Shown: positions 41,834 through 54,306, counted from the first letter of the whole stretch. The stretch: 63,715 bases of DNA, filler included, from Candidatus Tectimicrobiota bacterium (GCA_016193065.1; 7 parts of 7 records of this genome joined end to end with filler, not necessarily neighbours in it), one strand, 5' to 3'. Program-made: numbers and translations. The notes: generated from the letters alone by a model not told the origin.

Positions 41834-41980
41834 GACCCCGCCCGCTTCGAATGGCACGAGGTTATCAAGGTCGCTCACTACTACCTGTCGGTGGACGCGC
41901 TGAGCGGGCCGATGCAAGTGCGGGAGGACTCTACCCTTTATGGCAAAGGCCTCGAGTCTGGTGAAGGAGAGGATAAATGA
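41834..41980 (+). repeat. Relic second copy of the helicase 3' end
   Basis: 41834-41944 aligns without gaps to 41040-41150 (31/37 aa identical); its stop overlaps the TIR start (ATGA). Confidence 0.9.
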
Positions 41981-42110
41981 TCAAGCGAAGGATATTTATA
42001 AGCTTCGACCATGCCGATACTGACAAAGTAAACGGATTTCTTGGCTTACGGAACATAATGGATGGTTTTGAGTTTTACAACCACAAGCTGGATCATCGAA
42101 TCAAGAGCAG
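41977..42110 (+). pseudogene. Truncated TIR-like (ThsB/DUF1863-type) gene
   Basis: GAGGA RBS; MIKRRIFISFDHAD..; similarity stops after about 45 aa, where it joins an antisense ORF. Confidence 0.65.
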
Positions 42111-42712
42111 CAGAGAGGGACCCGATGGATGGTTGATCCAGATGTGCCACTTGCCGTCAATGATCTGTACGTATTGGTGCCAACGCATTCGCAACGGCGA
42201 GAAATGTGCACAGGGCTGAACAGAACGTGCTAGGCTCGCCCAAAATGAATCCCACGACTCACCCCACAACCCTGTAATGGACACCTGCGGCCATACCTTT
42301 GCCTCAAGATGCTTTCTGAGTTCACCAGCGCTTAGTCGTTCTTCGTTCCACTGATTCAACAGACGGACTTTATCGAGATCGTGGGAGATCCCAAGGGCCA
42401 CAAGAGACAGCGCCTCAACGGCATCGCGCAGAAGACCCACGGCAACTGCGTGAGCACCGCCCTCATTAAGCCAGACGAGAGAGCCGGACGCTCTCAAGAC
42501 AGTGCTTGCCAGTATAGTGCGGGATAAACTGCAACTGCAAATCGGACACAGGCGGTTGGTCGGCCCAAGTACCGCGTATAGTGCGGGATAAACTGCAACT
42601 GCAAATCGGACACAGGCGGTTGGTCGGCCCAAGTACCGCGTACGACGGATTGGAGCTCAACGTTTAGAGGCTCGTGCGTCTTCTTCCAATAATCCGGGTC
42701 TCCCTTTGGCAT
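42093..42712 (-). pseudogene. Integron cassette ORF of unknown function, frameshifted and truncated
   Basis: Starts 23 bp after the attC core GTTGGGC with a GAGGA RBS; exact 64-bp tandem duplication at 42512-42639 plus a further frameshift near 42468. Confidence 0.7.
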
Positions 42713-42734
42713 GATGTCCTCACATGATCCTGCG

Positions 42735-42836
42735 GCCCAACGCCGGCCGTAACCCGCGGCGGGCGCGAAACGTGCGCCATGAGCACAGCCGCCGCATGTG
42801 GGAACGCACGCCGTCGGGTTCACGGCCTTGTTAGCT
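42735..42836 (-). mobile_element. attC site (102 bp)
   Basis: Minus strand: AGCTAAC-5bp-CGTGAACC...GGTTACG-6bp-GTTGGGC; L''/L' pair perfectly apart from the single extrahelical base. Confidence 0.88.
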
Positions 42837-42879
42837 TGCCTGATGTGCACCTTCAGTTTCTGTGACTGCATCGTTCACT

Positions 42880-45366
42880 TCACGATTCTGACCGTCCGCG
42901 TCTCTTCTCGTAGGTGATCAAGACCCGCGTAGCGCAAGCACCTGGATGATGCTTGACCTCGGCTCCTGTGAAGACACTGAAGATCCAACCGAGTTCGGTC
43001 AGCTTGTTGCGCTGCCGCCAGTCCTTCTGCCAGCGATCGGGGCGGAGATGCCATTCGGCTCCATCGCAGTACACGGCGTACCGCAGCTCCGGAAAGGCGA
43101 AATCAGCTCGGGTCACCAGGTGTCCCCCTTCGTCGCGGATCTCGTACTGGGTTACAACCTCCGCTAAGGCCTCGTGCTCGCGCATCGCAGCGAGGAGGGC
43201 TTCTTCGACCGGCGATTCGCACTCCCAGATCCGGGCCGGGGCGGGTATCGGCGCAGCCACCGTGACTTGCCGGCTAGGCTGCGTCCGAACCACCAGGTCC
43301 CACAGCAACGGGTTGTGTTCGGGGCGAGCAACGCGTTGAAACCATGCTCGATCCGCGATGATGACAACCTTCCCGCGGGCGCGCGTGATTGCCACGTTCA
43401 CAAGCCTGAGCCCTACATCTCCACGGAGTAAAGCCCCGAGCTCCGTCCTGCCCACGCCGTCTACGACGTCGAAAACCACGCAGTCCGCGTCGCTTCCCTG
43501 AAACTGATGAACCGTACCCGCTTCAATTCGTCTGTAGGCGGGGTTCTCGGACCGCGCTTCGTGGCGAAGCCACTTTCTGAGAAGTCTGACCTGTGCTCGG
43601 TAGGGTGCAATGATCGCAATGGAAAGGTCCTGCTGCGCCTCGCCGACAGCGGCACAGGCAACTTCCATTGCAAGTTCGGCGGAAACAACGTTCCGCCAAC
43701 TTTCGTGCGCCCTCTCACAGCGCGCGGCCAAGGCCGAAGTTTCGAGGAGCACTACGGACTCCCCCCGGCGAGGGGGAAGGTCCCTCAGCCACTCAAGGTC
43801 CGTTTCGTTGACGCCGCTGGAGACGTGAGGGTAGAGCGTCTGAACGCGCGCCCAGATTCCGGCGCAGCATCGTCGCTGCGCGTCGATGCGGGTTAGTCGA
43901 TTGTCCGACAAGCGAATCGTCCTTGCCTCACCCTCGCCCTGTGAAATACCGGCCTTCTCGAAGATGTCCCGCCCCATCCACTCGATGGTTGGTGGCGAGC
44001 CCCCGTGTGACTCGAAGACCGGGCCAAGCTGACGCGGGTCTCCCGCTAGCAAGAACCGAGAGCGCGCGAGAGAGCCGAGAAATGCGCACTGGGCCGGGGG
44101 CACCATGGTGACTTCATCAACCAACACGCTGGACCATGCTATGTCACTGATGGGGTTTGCTTCAGAGCTGAGATAGGCCAGCGTGCTCGTCGTGAAGACG
44201 ACGGCACTTTGACGGATGTGTGCCTGAATGGCACCGCGAAGCTCCTCTTGGACGGTAAGAAGCTCGGCACGAAGGGTGGCGAGCTTCTCCTCCGGTTCCT
44301 GCCTTCGTTCTGCCTCGTGGATTCGCCGAGAAAGCTCCTTCACGGCGGTCGTCAACTCATTGAGATTCTCCGGGCCTAGCAATTCGGGCCGATCCATTAC
44401 CTCTGGCTTCCGTGGGTAACCGAAGCGAAGGATTCGTCGATCGGCAAGGTAAGCCTGGAGAGTGCTTGCGCCGTCACAGTGCAGCAGAAACTGCAGGACA
44501 GCGACGTCCACGGCGCGGTTGGAGGGAGCGACAACTAAGTGTTGTTCGTTTGGCGCGTGTTGAAGGAGCCCGGCCACAAGGCGGCCTATGGCGTAGGTCT
44601 TACCGGCTCCCGGCGGCCCCCACAGGAATCTCGCCCACGGCGTAGGGAGACCGGCGAGCCGGTCAGCTAGCGCGATGGCATCATAGTCACACAGCGAGTC
44701 TCCGGGGGGCTGAACCGCGCCGTTCAGGAGCCTCCGGGCCAGCGGAGGCATCTCAGGAAGCCCAGCGAGCCGCGTCGCGAGCGAATGCAACAGGAAGGCG
44801 CGGTCGACCTGAAGAACACCTGGCACGCAATCTGGAAAGATTTCGTTCTGCAACGCGAGATAGACTGCGGCGCCGTCAGGCTCCTGCCCAACCACCTTGC
44901 CACTGGTTCGCCAGCCACTTGGGGAGCGGAAGGTGACCGGGGTGTCGGTGGCGAAGGTCTCCTCTGAATCCACGAACAGCGCCTGGACAACTCGAGGGCC
45001 TACATGCGCACCTCGACTGACAGACTGGACGTGGAATGTGAGGGGTCTCAGAGTCGAGGCATACTCCTTGACAGCGTTGGCGATCTGGATGGTCACCTTC
45101 TCCGGGGGGACGGGAATTGTCGCAAGCCGATGGTAAACCTCCCACCCATGCGGGCTGAGTCTCACAACTCGCTCGTTCTTGCTGAAGAGCTGTGTCGCGT
45201 CCGGCAAGTCAGCCAACGCCTTGACGAGCTGTGTGAACTCCTCCGAACCCTCGAGCCTCCTGGCAACGCGCGCCCAGGGAACCCATCCATCCCTCGTAGT
45301 GGCCCCAAGCTCGGCGACGGCCCGAAGAAGGCGGAGAACGTCTTCTGTGATGGGGGTAGACATCAC
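42880..45366 (-). CDS. SF1 (UPF1/DNA2-like) helicase fused to a C-terminal Vsr/DUF559-like endonuclease
   Basis: GPPGAGKT, APSNRAVD, VDE, GDPRQLGP, APYRAQV, TVHQFQGSD and NVAITRAR; C-terminal ESPVE..ADFAF..YCDGAEWH..LGW. Confidence 0.9.
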   Translation of the reverse strand: MMSTPITEDVLRLLRAVAELGATTRDGWVPWARVARRLEGSEEFTQLVKALADLPDATQLFSKNERVVRLSPHGWEVYHRLATIPVPPEKVTIQIANAVKEYASTLRPLTFHVQSVSRGAHVGPRVVQALFVDSEETFATDTPVTFRSPSGWRTSGKVVGQEPDGAAVYLALQNEIFPDCVPGVLQVDRAFLLHSLATRLAGLPEMPPLARRLLNGAVQPPGDSLCDYDAIALADRLAGLPTPWARFLWGPPGAGKTYAIGRLVAGLLQHAPNEQHLVVAPSNRAVDVAVLQFLLHCDGASTLQAYLADRRILRFGYPRKPEVMDRPELLGPENLNELTTAVKELSRRIHEAERRQEPEEKLATLRAELLTVQEELRGAIQAHIRQSAVVFTTSTLAYLSSEANPISDIAWSSVLVDEVTMVPPAQCAFLGSLARSRFLLAGDPRQLGPVFESHGGSPPTIEWMGRDIFEKAGISQGEGEARTIRLSDNRLTRIDAQRRCCAGIWARVQTLYPHVSSGVNETDLEWLRDLPPRRGESVVLLETSALAARCERAHESWRNVVSAELAMEVACAAVGEAQQDLSIAIIAPYRAQVRLLRKWLRHEARSENPAYRRIEAGTVHQFQGSDADCVVFDVVDGVGRTELGALLRGDVGLRLVNVAITRARGKVVIIADRAWFQRVARPEHNPLLWDLVVRTQPSRQVTVAAPIPAPARIWECESPVEEALLAAMREHEALAEVVTQYEIRDEGGHLVTRADFAFPELRYAVYCDGAEWHLRPDRWQKDWRQRNKLTELGWIFSVFTGAEVKHHPGACATRVLITYEKRRGRSES

Positions 45367-45437
45367 ATCCTACTCAATCTCAATCATGAGGCGGCGTCCC
45401 CGGAGATGGCGCGTAATCGCCACGTGCGTCGTGGGCA

Positions 45438-45509
45438 AGCTAACGCGCACGTTGACCGGCCGCGGCGAGCGAAGGCGAGCCAGCGGTCCAGTCGAACGTG
45501 TTGTTCAAG
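45438..45509 (-). mobile_element. attC site (72 bp)
   Basis: Minus strand: CTTGAAC-5bp-GTTCGACT...GGTCAAC-6bp-GTTAGCT with an internal palindrome. Confidence 0.85.
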
Positions 45510-45768
45510 TAAGCCGCTTCGCGGCAGCGTGATCTTCCCATTGTAACAAACTTCCTTCCTCCTGCCGCCAAAAAACTCTGTAAAGGGCTTCCCGTACCCG
45601 CCGGTGATCTGCTTTCCTTCTCCTAGTCCACCCCGTCAACGGACCCCTCAAACCCCCAGAGAAGGAGANNNNNNNNNNNNNNNNNNNNNNNNNNNNNNNN
45701 NNNNNNNNNNNNTTAATTAATTAANNNNNNNNNNNNNNNNNNNNNNNNNNNNNNNNNNNNNNNNNNNN

Positions 45769-46115
45769 AGAAGAAACAAAGGTGCGATCATGATGAGAAG
45801 CAAGTGTTGAACCATATGCATGCTGAGGAGGTCTTCCGCAAGGGCATCGATGGGGGAGATCAAGGCCAGAAAAATGGCCGCGAGCCCGGCCCAGTAAAGT
45901 CCCAGTTGCCACCAGGGGGCGATGCGGGGAGAGCGGATTTTCAGCCGCAGCCAGCCGGCCGTGTACGTAGTCCCGAAGAGGACTAGGACCGTCAGAACAT
46001 CCCCCCGCCAGTTCCAATGAGCCTCTGATGCACTCCCGGCCGGGCTATGGGCCCAGCCAACCGTTGGAAGCAGGAAGAGAAAGACACTGATGAATAGGGT
46101 GAGAGGGACCTTCAC
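45769..46115 (-). CDS. ctaG: Cytochrome c oxidase assembly protein (caa3-CtaG type), 3'-truncated
   Basis: ALISPIDALAEDLLSMHMVQHLLLIMIAP. Confidence 0.88.
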
Positions 46116-46528
46116 AGGATTTTTCCCGTTCTTTTCTAGCCCGCCGCTTCGCCGGAAGGTCCTAGGCCCCGGGCCGTCGGAGCAGCGCAGCACAATACAG
46201 TCCTCAGAAAAAATGCCGCTATCCATGTAGCTCAACATTTAAGCCAAAACCGCGGACAATTGCCAGTCTCAACCTGCCTTGCTCATCCCCTTTGTGTCAT
46301 GGTGGGATTGGTCCCCATCCGCGCTCTCGGGGGCGCCCTCTTCGGCAAGGTCCTCGATGACAAACTGGGGGTGAGCAAGAGACCCCGGTCCCTTGACACT
46401 TCCAACGCATATGTTACCTTTGGTTTCATTTGGAAGGAATGGAGCGTTGCACCCGCTCTCAAGCTTTGCCGTCTGACGTCCGAAAAGAGAGGTGAAGAAC
46501 TGGGAATCTGCTACAGGAAAGGGTATCA

Positions 46529-47155
46529 ATGGTCGCTCCTGATTCTCATTCTCCCCGCATCAGCTCAGCTCAAGACATGGTGGAGTATTTCCAGGACCTC
46601 GTACGGGAGGCTCTCAAGAACCAGGAAATCGAAGCCAACGATCTGATCGAGTTTTACATCGTCCATCTCCTCTCCCAGTACACTCGGACCGACCAAATCA
46701 CCCCCACCTCGGGAGGCTCCCTCTGGAAGGAACCTCTGGCGATTCAATTCCTCACGGCCTTGCAGGAGGAATTGGGCGAGAGCATCCGGCGGTTCAAAGA
46801 GCTGGGCGATTTTTCCCTGTTCATCTCGGGCTTCTACCCCGAGAGCTTGCAGCGCAAAGCGGTTGACCCAAACTACTACATCTCCCTGGGGTGCAGGGCC
46901 TACCGCAATGTGGCCCTGTTAACCAGGAACCGGGCCCTGTACGCTGATCTCTACAGCGACCTGAGCACACACTTCGAGAACTACGTCGACGTACTCTCGG
47001 AAGTCAGCGAGAAAAGCCACATCAGCAGCAACCTGGACGCGGTGCGGATCTACGAACGCTGGCTCAAGACCCGCAGCCAGCGGGATGCCAGGCTGCTCCA
47101 GAAACTTGGAATCGCCCCGGCTGGCCCCGGCCGCGAAAGCCAATTTGTCCAGTGA
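46529..47155 (+). CDS. Conserved hypothetical helical protein
   Basis: 208 aa; FYIVHLL, KELGDFSLFISGFY, YYISLG..AY, YERWLKT; codon usage typical of the genome. Confidence 0.8.
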   Translation: MVAPDSHSPRISSAQDMVEYFQDLVREALKNQEIEANDLIEFYIVHLLSQYTRTDQITPTSGGSLWKEPLAIQFLTALQEELGESIRRFKELGDFSLFISGFYPESLQRKAVDPNYYISLGCRAYRNVALLTRNRALYADLYSDLSTHFENYVDVLSEVSEKSHISSNLDAVRIYERWLKTRSQRDARLLQKLGIAPAGPGRESQFVQ

Positions 47156-47165
47156 GTCTTCCCCA

Positions 47166-49348
<2,183 letters not shown>

Positions 49349-49401
49349 TTACCTCCTCAAGAACTTCATTGCTCTGTTAAAAGTTGTAGGAGACTTGCTG
49401 C

Positions 49402-49692
49402 TTATTCAATCACCCCGAGAACATCCTCTTCTCTTAAAATGAGGTACTCATCCCCTTCAATCTTCACCTCAGTGCCGGCGTACTTCCCAAACAGAATCCG
49501 ATCACCTTTTTTAAGATCAATGGGGCGGTTCTTGCCATTTTCCAGGAGCTTACCGTTTCCGACGGCCACGATCTCTCCCTCCTGGGGCTTTTCCTTAGCG
49601 GTATCGGGGATGATGATTCCCCCCTTCTTTTCCTCTTTTTCTCCTTCAATTCTCTTGACCAGGATGCGGTCATACAGGGGACGCACTTTCAT
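49402..49692 (-). CDS. groS: Co-chaperonin GroES
   Basis: [21 protein letters not shown] and KYAGTEV. Confidence 0.98.
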   Translation of the reverse strand: MKVRPLYDRILVKRIEGEKEEKKGGIIIPDTAKEKPQEGEIVAVGNGKLLENGKNRPIDLKKGDRILFGKYAGTEVKIEGDEYLILREEDVLGVIE

Positions 49693-49764
49693 GGGGCTAA
49701 CCCCTCCTTTCTGCGCCGTAGGGTTTCTCTATTGGTAGTTCAACCAGGACTTCAGATAATCTTG

Positions 49765-49791
49765 TTAGCACTCAGCTTAGGCGAGTGCTAA
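49765..49791. promoter_or_regulatory. CIRCE element (HrcA operator)
   Basis: Perfect TTAGCACTC-N9-GAGTGCTAA upstream of groES. Confidence 0.97.
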
Positions 49792-50067
49792 CGGCGCATA
49801 ATATAAATTCCCTGGGAACCTCTTGCAAATGCAGAAAACAGGAAACTTCACCTTGATTTTGCAGAATACCAGAATTAACGATGTTAATCTATGTATTTTC
49901 CTTGAATTTTACCTATAATCTTTAAATCTCTTTAATTTTCATAATCTAAAACCAGTTCGATTCAATGGGGCTGGTATTCGCGAAAAAACTTCTGTATAAA
50001 GTAAACGATTTTTAGATATCCATGTAATGCCCCGCTTCAGTGCGGCATTTCTACAGGAGGAAAGAGG

Positions 50068-50826
50068 ATGGATCTTACTGGAAAGGTTGCGATTGTAACA
50101 GGTGGGGGGAAAGGAATTGGGGCGGCCATTTGCCGCAAGCTGGCCAAGTACGGAGCGAACGTTGTCCCTCTCGATATTGATGAGCCAGCCGCTCGGAGCG
50201 TGGCCTCAGAAGTCGAATCCATGGGACGCAAAGCTTTGGCCCTCAAAACGGACATCACGGACAAAAGCCAAGTCGATGCCATGGTCAAACAAGTAATCGG
50301 CTCCATGGGCTCGGTCGATATTCTGGTTAATAACGCCGGTTGGGACAAACTGGCCCCCTTCATTGAAACGACTCCGGACTTCTGGGACAAACTCATCGCG
50401 ATTAATCTGAAAGGGGTGCTGAACTGTTGCCAGGCTGCTCTTCAACCGATGATCGAGCGGAAATCCGGAAAGATCATCAACATCGGCTCCGATGCAGGAC
50501 GCGCTGGCAGCAGCTTTGAGGCGGTTTATTCCGCTTGCAAAGGCGGTGTGATTGCCTTTACCAAGACCCTGGCCCGGGAAGTGGCGCGCTACAACATCAA
50601 CGTGAATTGCGTCTGCCCGGGACTCACGGATACACCCCTCTTGGGTCAGATCAAGGCCGATCCCCGAGGAGCCAAGATCACTGAGGCAGTCCAGGCGGCG
50701 ACACCCTTTCGCCGTCTGGCCAAGCCCGAAGAGGTTGCAGGGGCTGTTCTCTTTTTTGCCTCACCGGAGTCGGATTTCATCACCGGCCAGACCCTCAGCG
50801 TCAGTGGCGGCTTGACCATGATGTAG
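50068..50826 (+). CDS. SDR oxidoreductase, BadH (2-hydroxycyclohexanecarboxyl-CoA dehydrogenase)-like
   Basis: TGGGKGIG, NNAGWD, SDAGRAGS..YSACK, GLTDT and VSGGLTM. Confidence 0.85.
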   Translation: MDLTGKVAIVTGGGKGIGAAICRKLAKYGANVVPLDIDEPAARSVASEVESMGRKALALKTDITDKSQVDAMVKQVIGSMGSVDILVNNAGWDKLAPFIETTPDFWDKLIAINLKGVLNCCQAALQPMIERKSGKIINIGSDAGRAGSSFEAVYSACKGGVIAFTKTLAREVARYNINVNCVCPGLTDTPLLGQIKADPRGAKITEAVQAATPFRRLAKPEEVAGAVLFFASPESDFITGQTLSVSGGLTMM

Positions 50827-50896
50827 CAGATCCTGGCTTCCGGTCCCATCCATCCGCGGGGGAGAGCGCCGCTCTCCCCCGAGAACTCAGGAAGCC

Positions 50897-51610
50897 GTGG
50901 AAGTCCAGAACATACTCCAGCAGATCGATCGCTTCCGAAGTTCCGCCTACCGGATCCTGGGCGTGCTGGCTGGCTTTTCTCTCCTGAGCTACTTTTTTTC
51001 CGGGCAAATCCTCCACTTCCTGCTGCGTCCCCTGGGCCGGCCGCTAGCTTTTTTCAGCCCCGGGGAAGCTTTTCTAGCCCACGTCAAAATCGCCGTTTTC
51101 TCCGGAATCTTCCTGTCCGCTCCCTATCTGCTACACCAGAGCTGGATCGCCTTCGCCACGCTGGCGTTTGAAACCGGCAAGCGCTACACATGGCTGCTCG
51201 TATTGGCGGCAAGCATTCTGTTCCTGGCCGGAACCGCTTTGGGCTATACTTTGGTTCTCCCTTTCGGTCTCAAGTTTCTGCTGGGCTACGGAACTGCCCA
51301 GATCCAGCCCATGATCTCCGTGGACAGGTACGTCAGTTTTGTGTCCACCATGATCCTGGTCTTCGGTTTTTGCTTCCAGCTCCCCCTCATCCTCTTGGCC
51401 TTGGGTCAGGTAGGTGTCGTCGACAGCCGCAAGCTTTCCCGCTTCCGCAAGTACGCTTTCTTACTCATTGCCGTGTTTTCCGCCATCATCACCCCCACAC
51501 CGGATGCTTACACGATGATGCTCCTCATGGTTCCCCTGGTCTTTCTCTACGAAATCAGTATCATTCTTCTCTGGTTCCTCGGCCGCAAGAAGGCCCACCC
51601 TCCCCGCTGA
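50897..51610 (+). CDS. tatC: Twin-arginine translocase subunit TatC
   Basis: SPGEAF, FQLP, RKYA, AIITPTPD and PLVFLYEISI. Confidence 0.92.
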   Translation: MEVQNILQQIDRFRSSAYRILGVLAGFSLLSYFFSGQILHFLLRPLGRPLAFFSPGEAFLAHVKIAVFSGIFLSAPYLLHQSWIAFATLAFETGKRYTWLLVLAASILFLAGTALGYTLVLPFGLKFLLGYGTAQIQPMISVDRYVSFVSTMILVFGFCFQLPLILLALGQVGVVDSRKLSRFRKYAFLLIAVFSAIITPTPDAYTMMLLMVPLVFLYEISIILLWFLGRKKAHPPR

Positions 51611-51742
51611 AGTCCGCCGGACCGATCGGGATCGTCCGCAGAAGATCACTGCTGTACCAGGGGCTGCGCGGGAAGCTGGATTCCAAGGACAATCGCCAGG
51701 GAGGTTTTTTCATTTGCCCGGGACAACAAGAAGGAGTGGACC

Positions 51743-52774
51743 ATGAAAGCCGTGATCTTTGAGCAGCACGGGGATCTGGACGTTCTAAAGTATACAGACA
51801 TCCCGGAACCGGTTCCCGGACCCGGAGAAGCCCTGGTGCGCGTGAAAGCCTGCGCCTTAAACCATCTGGATATCTGGGTGCGCCAGGGGCTTCCCGGGGC
51901 CCAAATCCCCATGCCTCATATTCTGGGCTGCGAGTCGAGCGGGGAAGTGGTCCGCACTGTGGGAGAAGCGGGCAGGATCAAACCAGGCGACCAGGTTCTG
52001 GTACCTCCCGGACTTTCCTGCGGGCACTGTGAGTATTGCCGTACGGGCTATGACAGCCTGTGCCCTGAATACCGCATGATGGGCTACCATCTTCAGGGGG
52101 GGTACGCGGAATACCTCAAAGCCGCCTCCGCAAACCTGATCCCGATTTCCCCCGATCTCTCCTTTGAGGAGTGGGCCGCCGTCCCCCTCGTTTTTCTCAC
52201 CGCCTGGCATATGCTCGTGACCCGGGCCGGTGTGCAGCCCGGAGAGGAGGTCCTGGTCCAGGCCGCCGGCAGTGGTGTGGGCAGCGCCGCCATTCAGATC
52301 GCCCGGCTGTGCGGGGCCAGAGTCATCGCCACGGCCGGCACCGAGGAAAAGCTCAAGAAGGCGCGCGATCTGGGAGCCCACGACACCATCAACTATGCGG
52401 AGAAGAACTTCGTCGAAGAGATCAGCCGCCTCACGGATCAGCGCGGGGTCGATCTGGTCTTTGAGCACGTGGGTTCCAAGACCTTTGAGAAAAGCCTGGC
52501 GTGCTTGGCCAAGCGGGGCCGGGTCATCACCTGCGGAGCAACCGCAGGGGCGCAGGTCACCTTGGACCTGCGCTTCCTCTTTGTGCGCCAGCACGCGATC
52601 ATGGGAAGCTACATGGGAGGGCACAAGGAGCTGCTGGACATCATCAAGCTGGTCAAGCGCGGCGCCCTGCGCCCCGTGGTCGACAAGGTTTACCCGTTAG
52701 AGCTGGCCTGCGAGGCTCAAAGGCGGATGATCGAGCGGCAGCAGTTCGGCAAGATCGTCCTGCGCTGCTCCTAG
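51743..52774 (+). CDS. Zinc-binding MDR dehydrogenase
   Basis: LNHLD, PHILGCE, CGHCEYC..C and AAGSGVG. Confidence 0.92.
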   Translation: MKAVIFEQHGDLDVLKYTDIPEPVPGPGEALVRVKACALNHLDIWVRQGLPGAQIPMPHILGCESSGEVVRTVGEAGRIKPGDQVLVPPGLSCGHCEYCRTGYDSLCPEYRMMGYHLQGGYAEYLKAASANLIPISPDLSFEEWAAVPLVFLTAWHMLVTRAGVQPGEEVLVQAAGSGVGSAAIQIARLCGARVIATAGTEEKLKKARDLGAHDTINYAEKNFVEEISRLTDQRGVDLVFEHVGSKTFEKSLACLAKRGRVITCGATAGAQVTLDLRFLFVRQHAIMGSYMGGHKELLDIIKLVKRGALRPVVDKVYPLELACEAQRRMIERQQFGKIVLRCS

Positions 52775-52782
52775 GAGAACCC

Positions 52783-52917
52783 ATGGGTCACTACGTCGTT
52801 TTCTCCACCTGCAAGACCTCGCCGGAAAAGATTGAACCCTACCGGGCGGAACACAAGGAGTTCCTGGAAATCGGACTGTTCTCGTTCGAGATCCGGGAGT
52901 GGCGGCAAGAATACTAA
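52783..52917 (+). pseudogene. YciI-like protein, internally deleted
   Basis: RBS, then ..YRAEHKEFLE joined directly to GLFSFEIREW; the central GP..DP region is absent. Confidence 0.55.
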
Positions 52918-52936
52918 AGCGGAAAGGAGGTCAGGG

Positions 52937-53341
52937 ATGTACCGGGTCACCAAAGAGATCCACTTCTGCTACGGGCACCGGCTTCTGGATTACAATGGTA
53001 AGTGCATGCACCCCCACGGCCACAATGCCCGGGTCGAGATCGAGCTCTCGGCCGGGAGCCTGGACTCCCGGGGAATGGTCGTGGACTTTGGCGATATCCA
53101 ATCGGCCATAAAAACCTGGATCGATCGGGAGCTCGACCACAAGATGATCCTGTGCCGCAGGGACCCTCTAGCCAAAGCCCTCTCGGAGCTCGGGGAGCCT
53201 TACTATCCGATCGACGAGAATCCGACGGCCGAGAACCTGGCCCGCCTCATCTACGAATACGCGGTCTCCCAGGGGTTCCCCGTGTCCGCCGTGCGGCTCT
53301 GGGAGACACCAACCTCGTTTGCCACCTACGGACAGGCATAG
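52937..53341 (+). CDS. queD: 6-carboxytetrahydropterin synthase
   Basis: FCYGHRL..C.HPHGHN, DFG, LDH, NPTAENLA and WET. Confidence 0.93.
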   Translation: MYRVTKEIHFCYGHRLLDYNGKCMHPHGHNARVEIELSAGSLDSRGMVVDFGDIQSAIKTWIDRELDHKMILCRRDPLAKALSELGEPYYPIDENPTAENLARLIYEYAVSQGFPVSAVRLWETPTSFATYGQA

Positions 53342-53991
53342 GTGGTTCTGTCCTCCACTCCCGCGAGCCGGAAGGCGCTGCGCCTCTCCTCGCACTTGGC
53401 GCAGGTTCCGCAGTGAAGATCCCCCTGGGGTTTCATGCAGGAAAACGTCAAGTGGAGGGGAAGATCCCGCCCCTTTTTTATGACCTGGACTTTTGTGAGC
53501 CCTCGGAAGGGGGTGAAGACCTCCAGAGGGTGAGCGAGGGCAGCTCCGGCTACAGCTCCAAAGGCGCGGAAAAACTCGGGCGTGGCATCCGGGAAAGGGT
53601 TAGCCTCCAGGGGGGCCAGGGCAATCCGATGGATGCCGTTCAGGCTGCAAAAGACCACGGCTTTGGCCAGGAGCAGGAGATTTCGTCCCGGCAGGTAGAC
53701 AGCATCGTCTGGGGTGCCCGCCTCCGGCACCCCTTTCCCGCTCACACTCCAGTGTTCCCTGTACACATCGGAGATGGGGAGGTCAAAAACCCTCAAGGGC
53801 TGGATCTGGGGCTTGCGCACTGCCGCCAGAAACCTCTTCAGCCAGTGCAGTTCTGCTTCCTCCCAGTGCAGTCCCTGGCGGATGTAGAGGGGAAAAACCC
53901 TCTCGTGCCCTGCGCACAATTCCGAGACCAAAACACAACTATCCAGCCCCCCACTGATCAATACGGCAATGTTGCCGGTTTCATTCGCCAC
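53326..53991 (-). CDS. queC: 7-cyano-7-deazaguanine synthase
   Basis: SGGLDS, PGRN, FPD, and SC..HCGTCAKC zinc site. Confidence 0.9.
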   Translation of the reverse strand: MANETGNIAVLISGGLDSCVLVSELCAGHERVFPLYIRQGLHWEEAELHWLKRFLAAVRKPQIQPLRVFDLPISDVYREHWSVSGKGVPEAGTPDDAVYLPGRNLLLLAKAVVFCSLNGIHRIALAPLEANPFPDATPEFFRAFGAVAGAALAHPLEVFTPFRGLTKVQVIKKGRDLPLHLTFSCMKPQGDLHCGTCAKCEERRSAFRLAGVEDRTTYACP

Positions 53992-54306
53992 AGGCGCTCC
54001 GATCTTTCTCTATTTTTCCCCTGACCGCTGGAAAATTCTAACTCCGATCCGAAAAAAGATCGAGGGAAGAATCCTCGGAAGCTGCCCTCCATCCGAGTCG
54101 CGAAAATCGGAGTTGACCCATGACAAAAGTCGCGTAAACTCCCTCTTAGAATCTCAAAGAACAACAGACCCGGAAACTTTCTGAATTCCTTGTGAGCCCG
54201 GACTCCGGACCCGTCTCCGGGGAGCGACGCTTCGGAAGGGGAAGGATGGGAGGGGGCCATCTCCGGAGTCGGACCACGGAAATCGTCGCATGATCTGGAG
54301 GGCATC

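Noticed and set aside
42512-42639. Possible CRISPR or repeat array
   Set aside because: Only two adjacent 64-bp copies with no spacer and no cas genes; a simple tandem duplication.
45622-45668. Possible IS end (CTAGTCCACCCCGTCAAC..) at the contig edge
   Set aside because: No partner repeat or transposase is visible, so it cannot be supported.
49800-50030. AT-rich stretch suggesting foreign DNA or an origin
   Set aside because: Explained as the divergent groES/SDR promoter region; no DnaA-box cluster or iterons seen.
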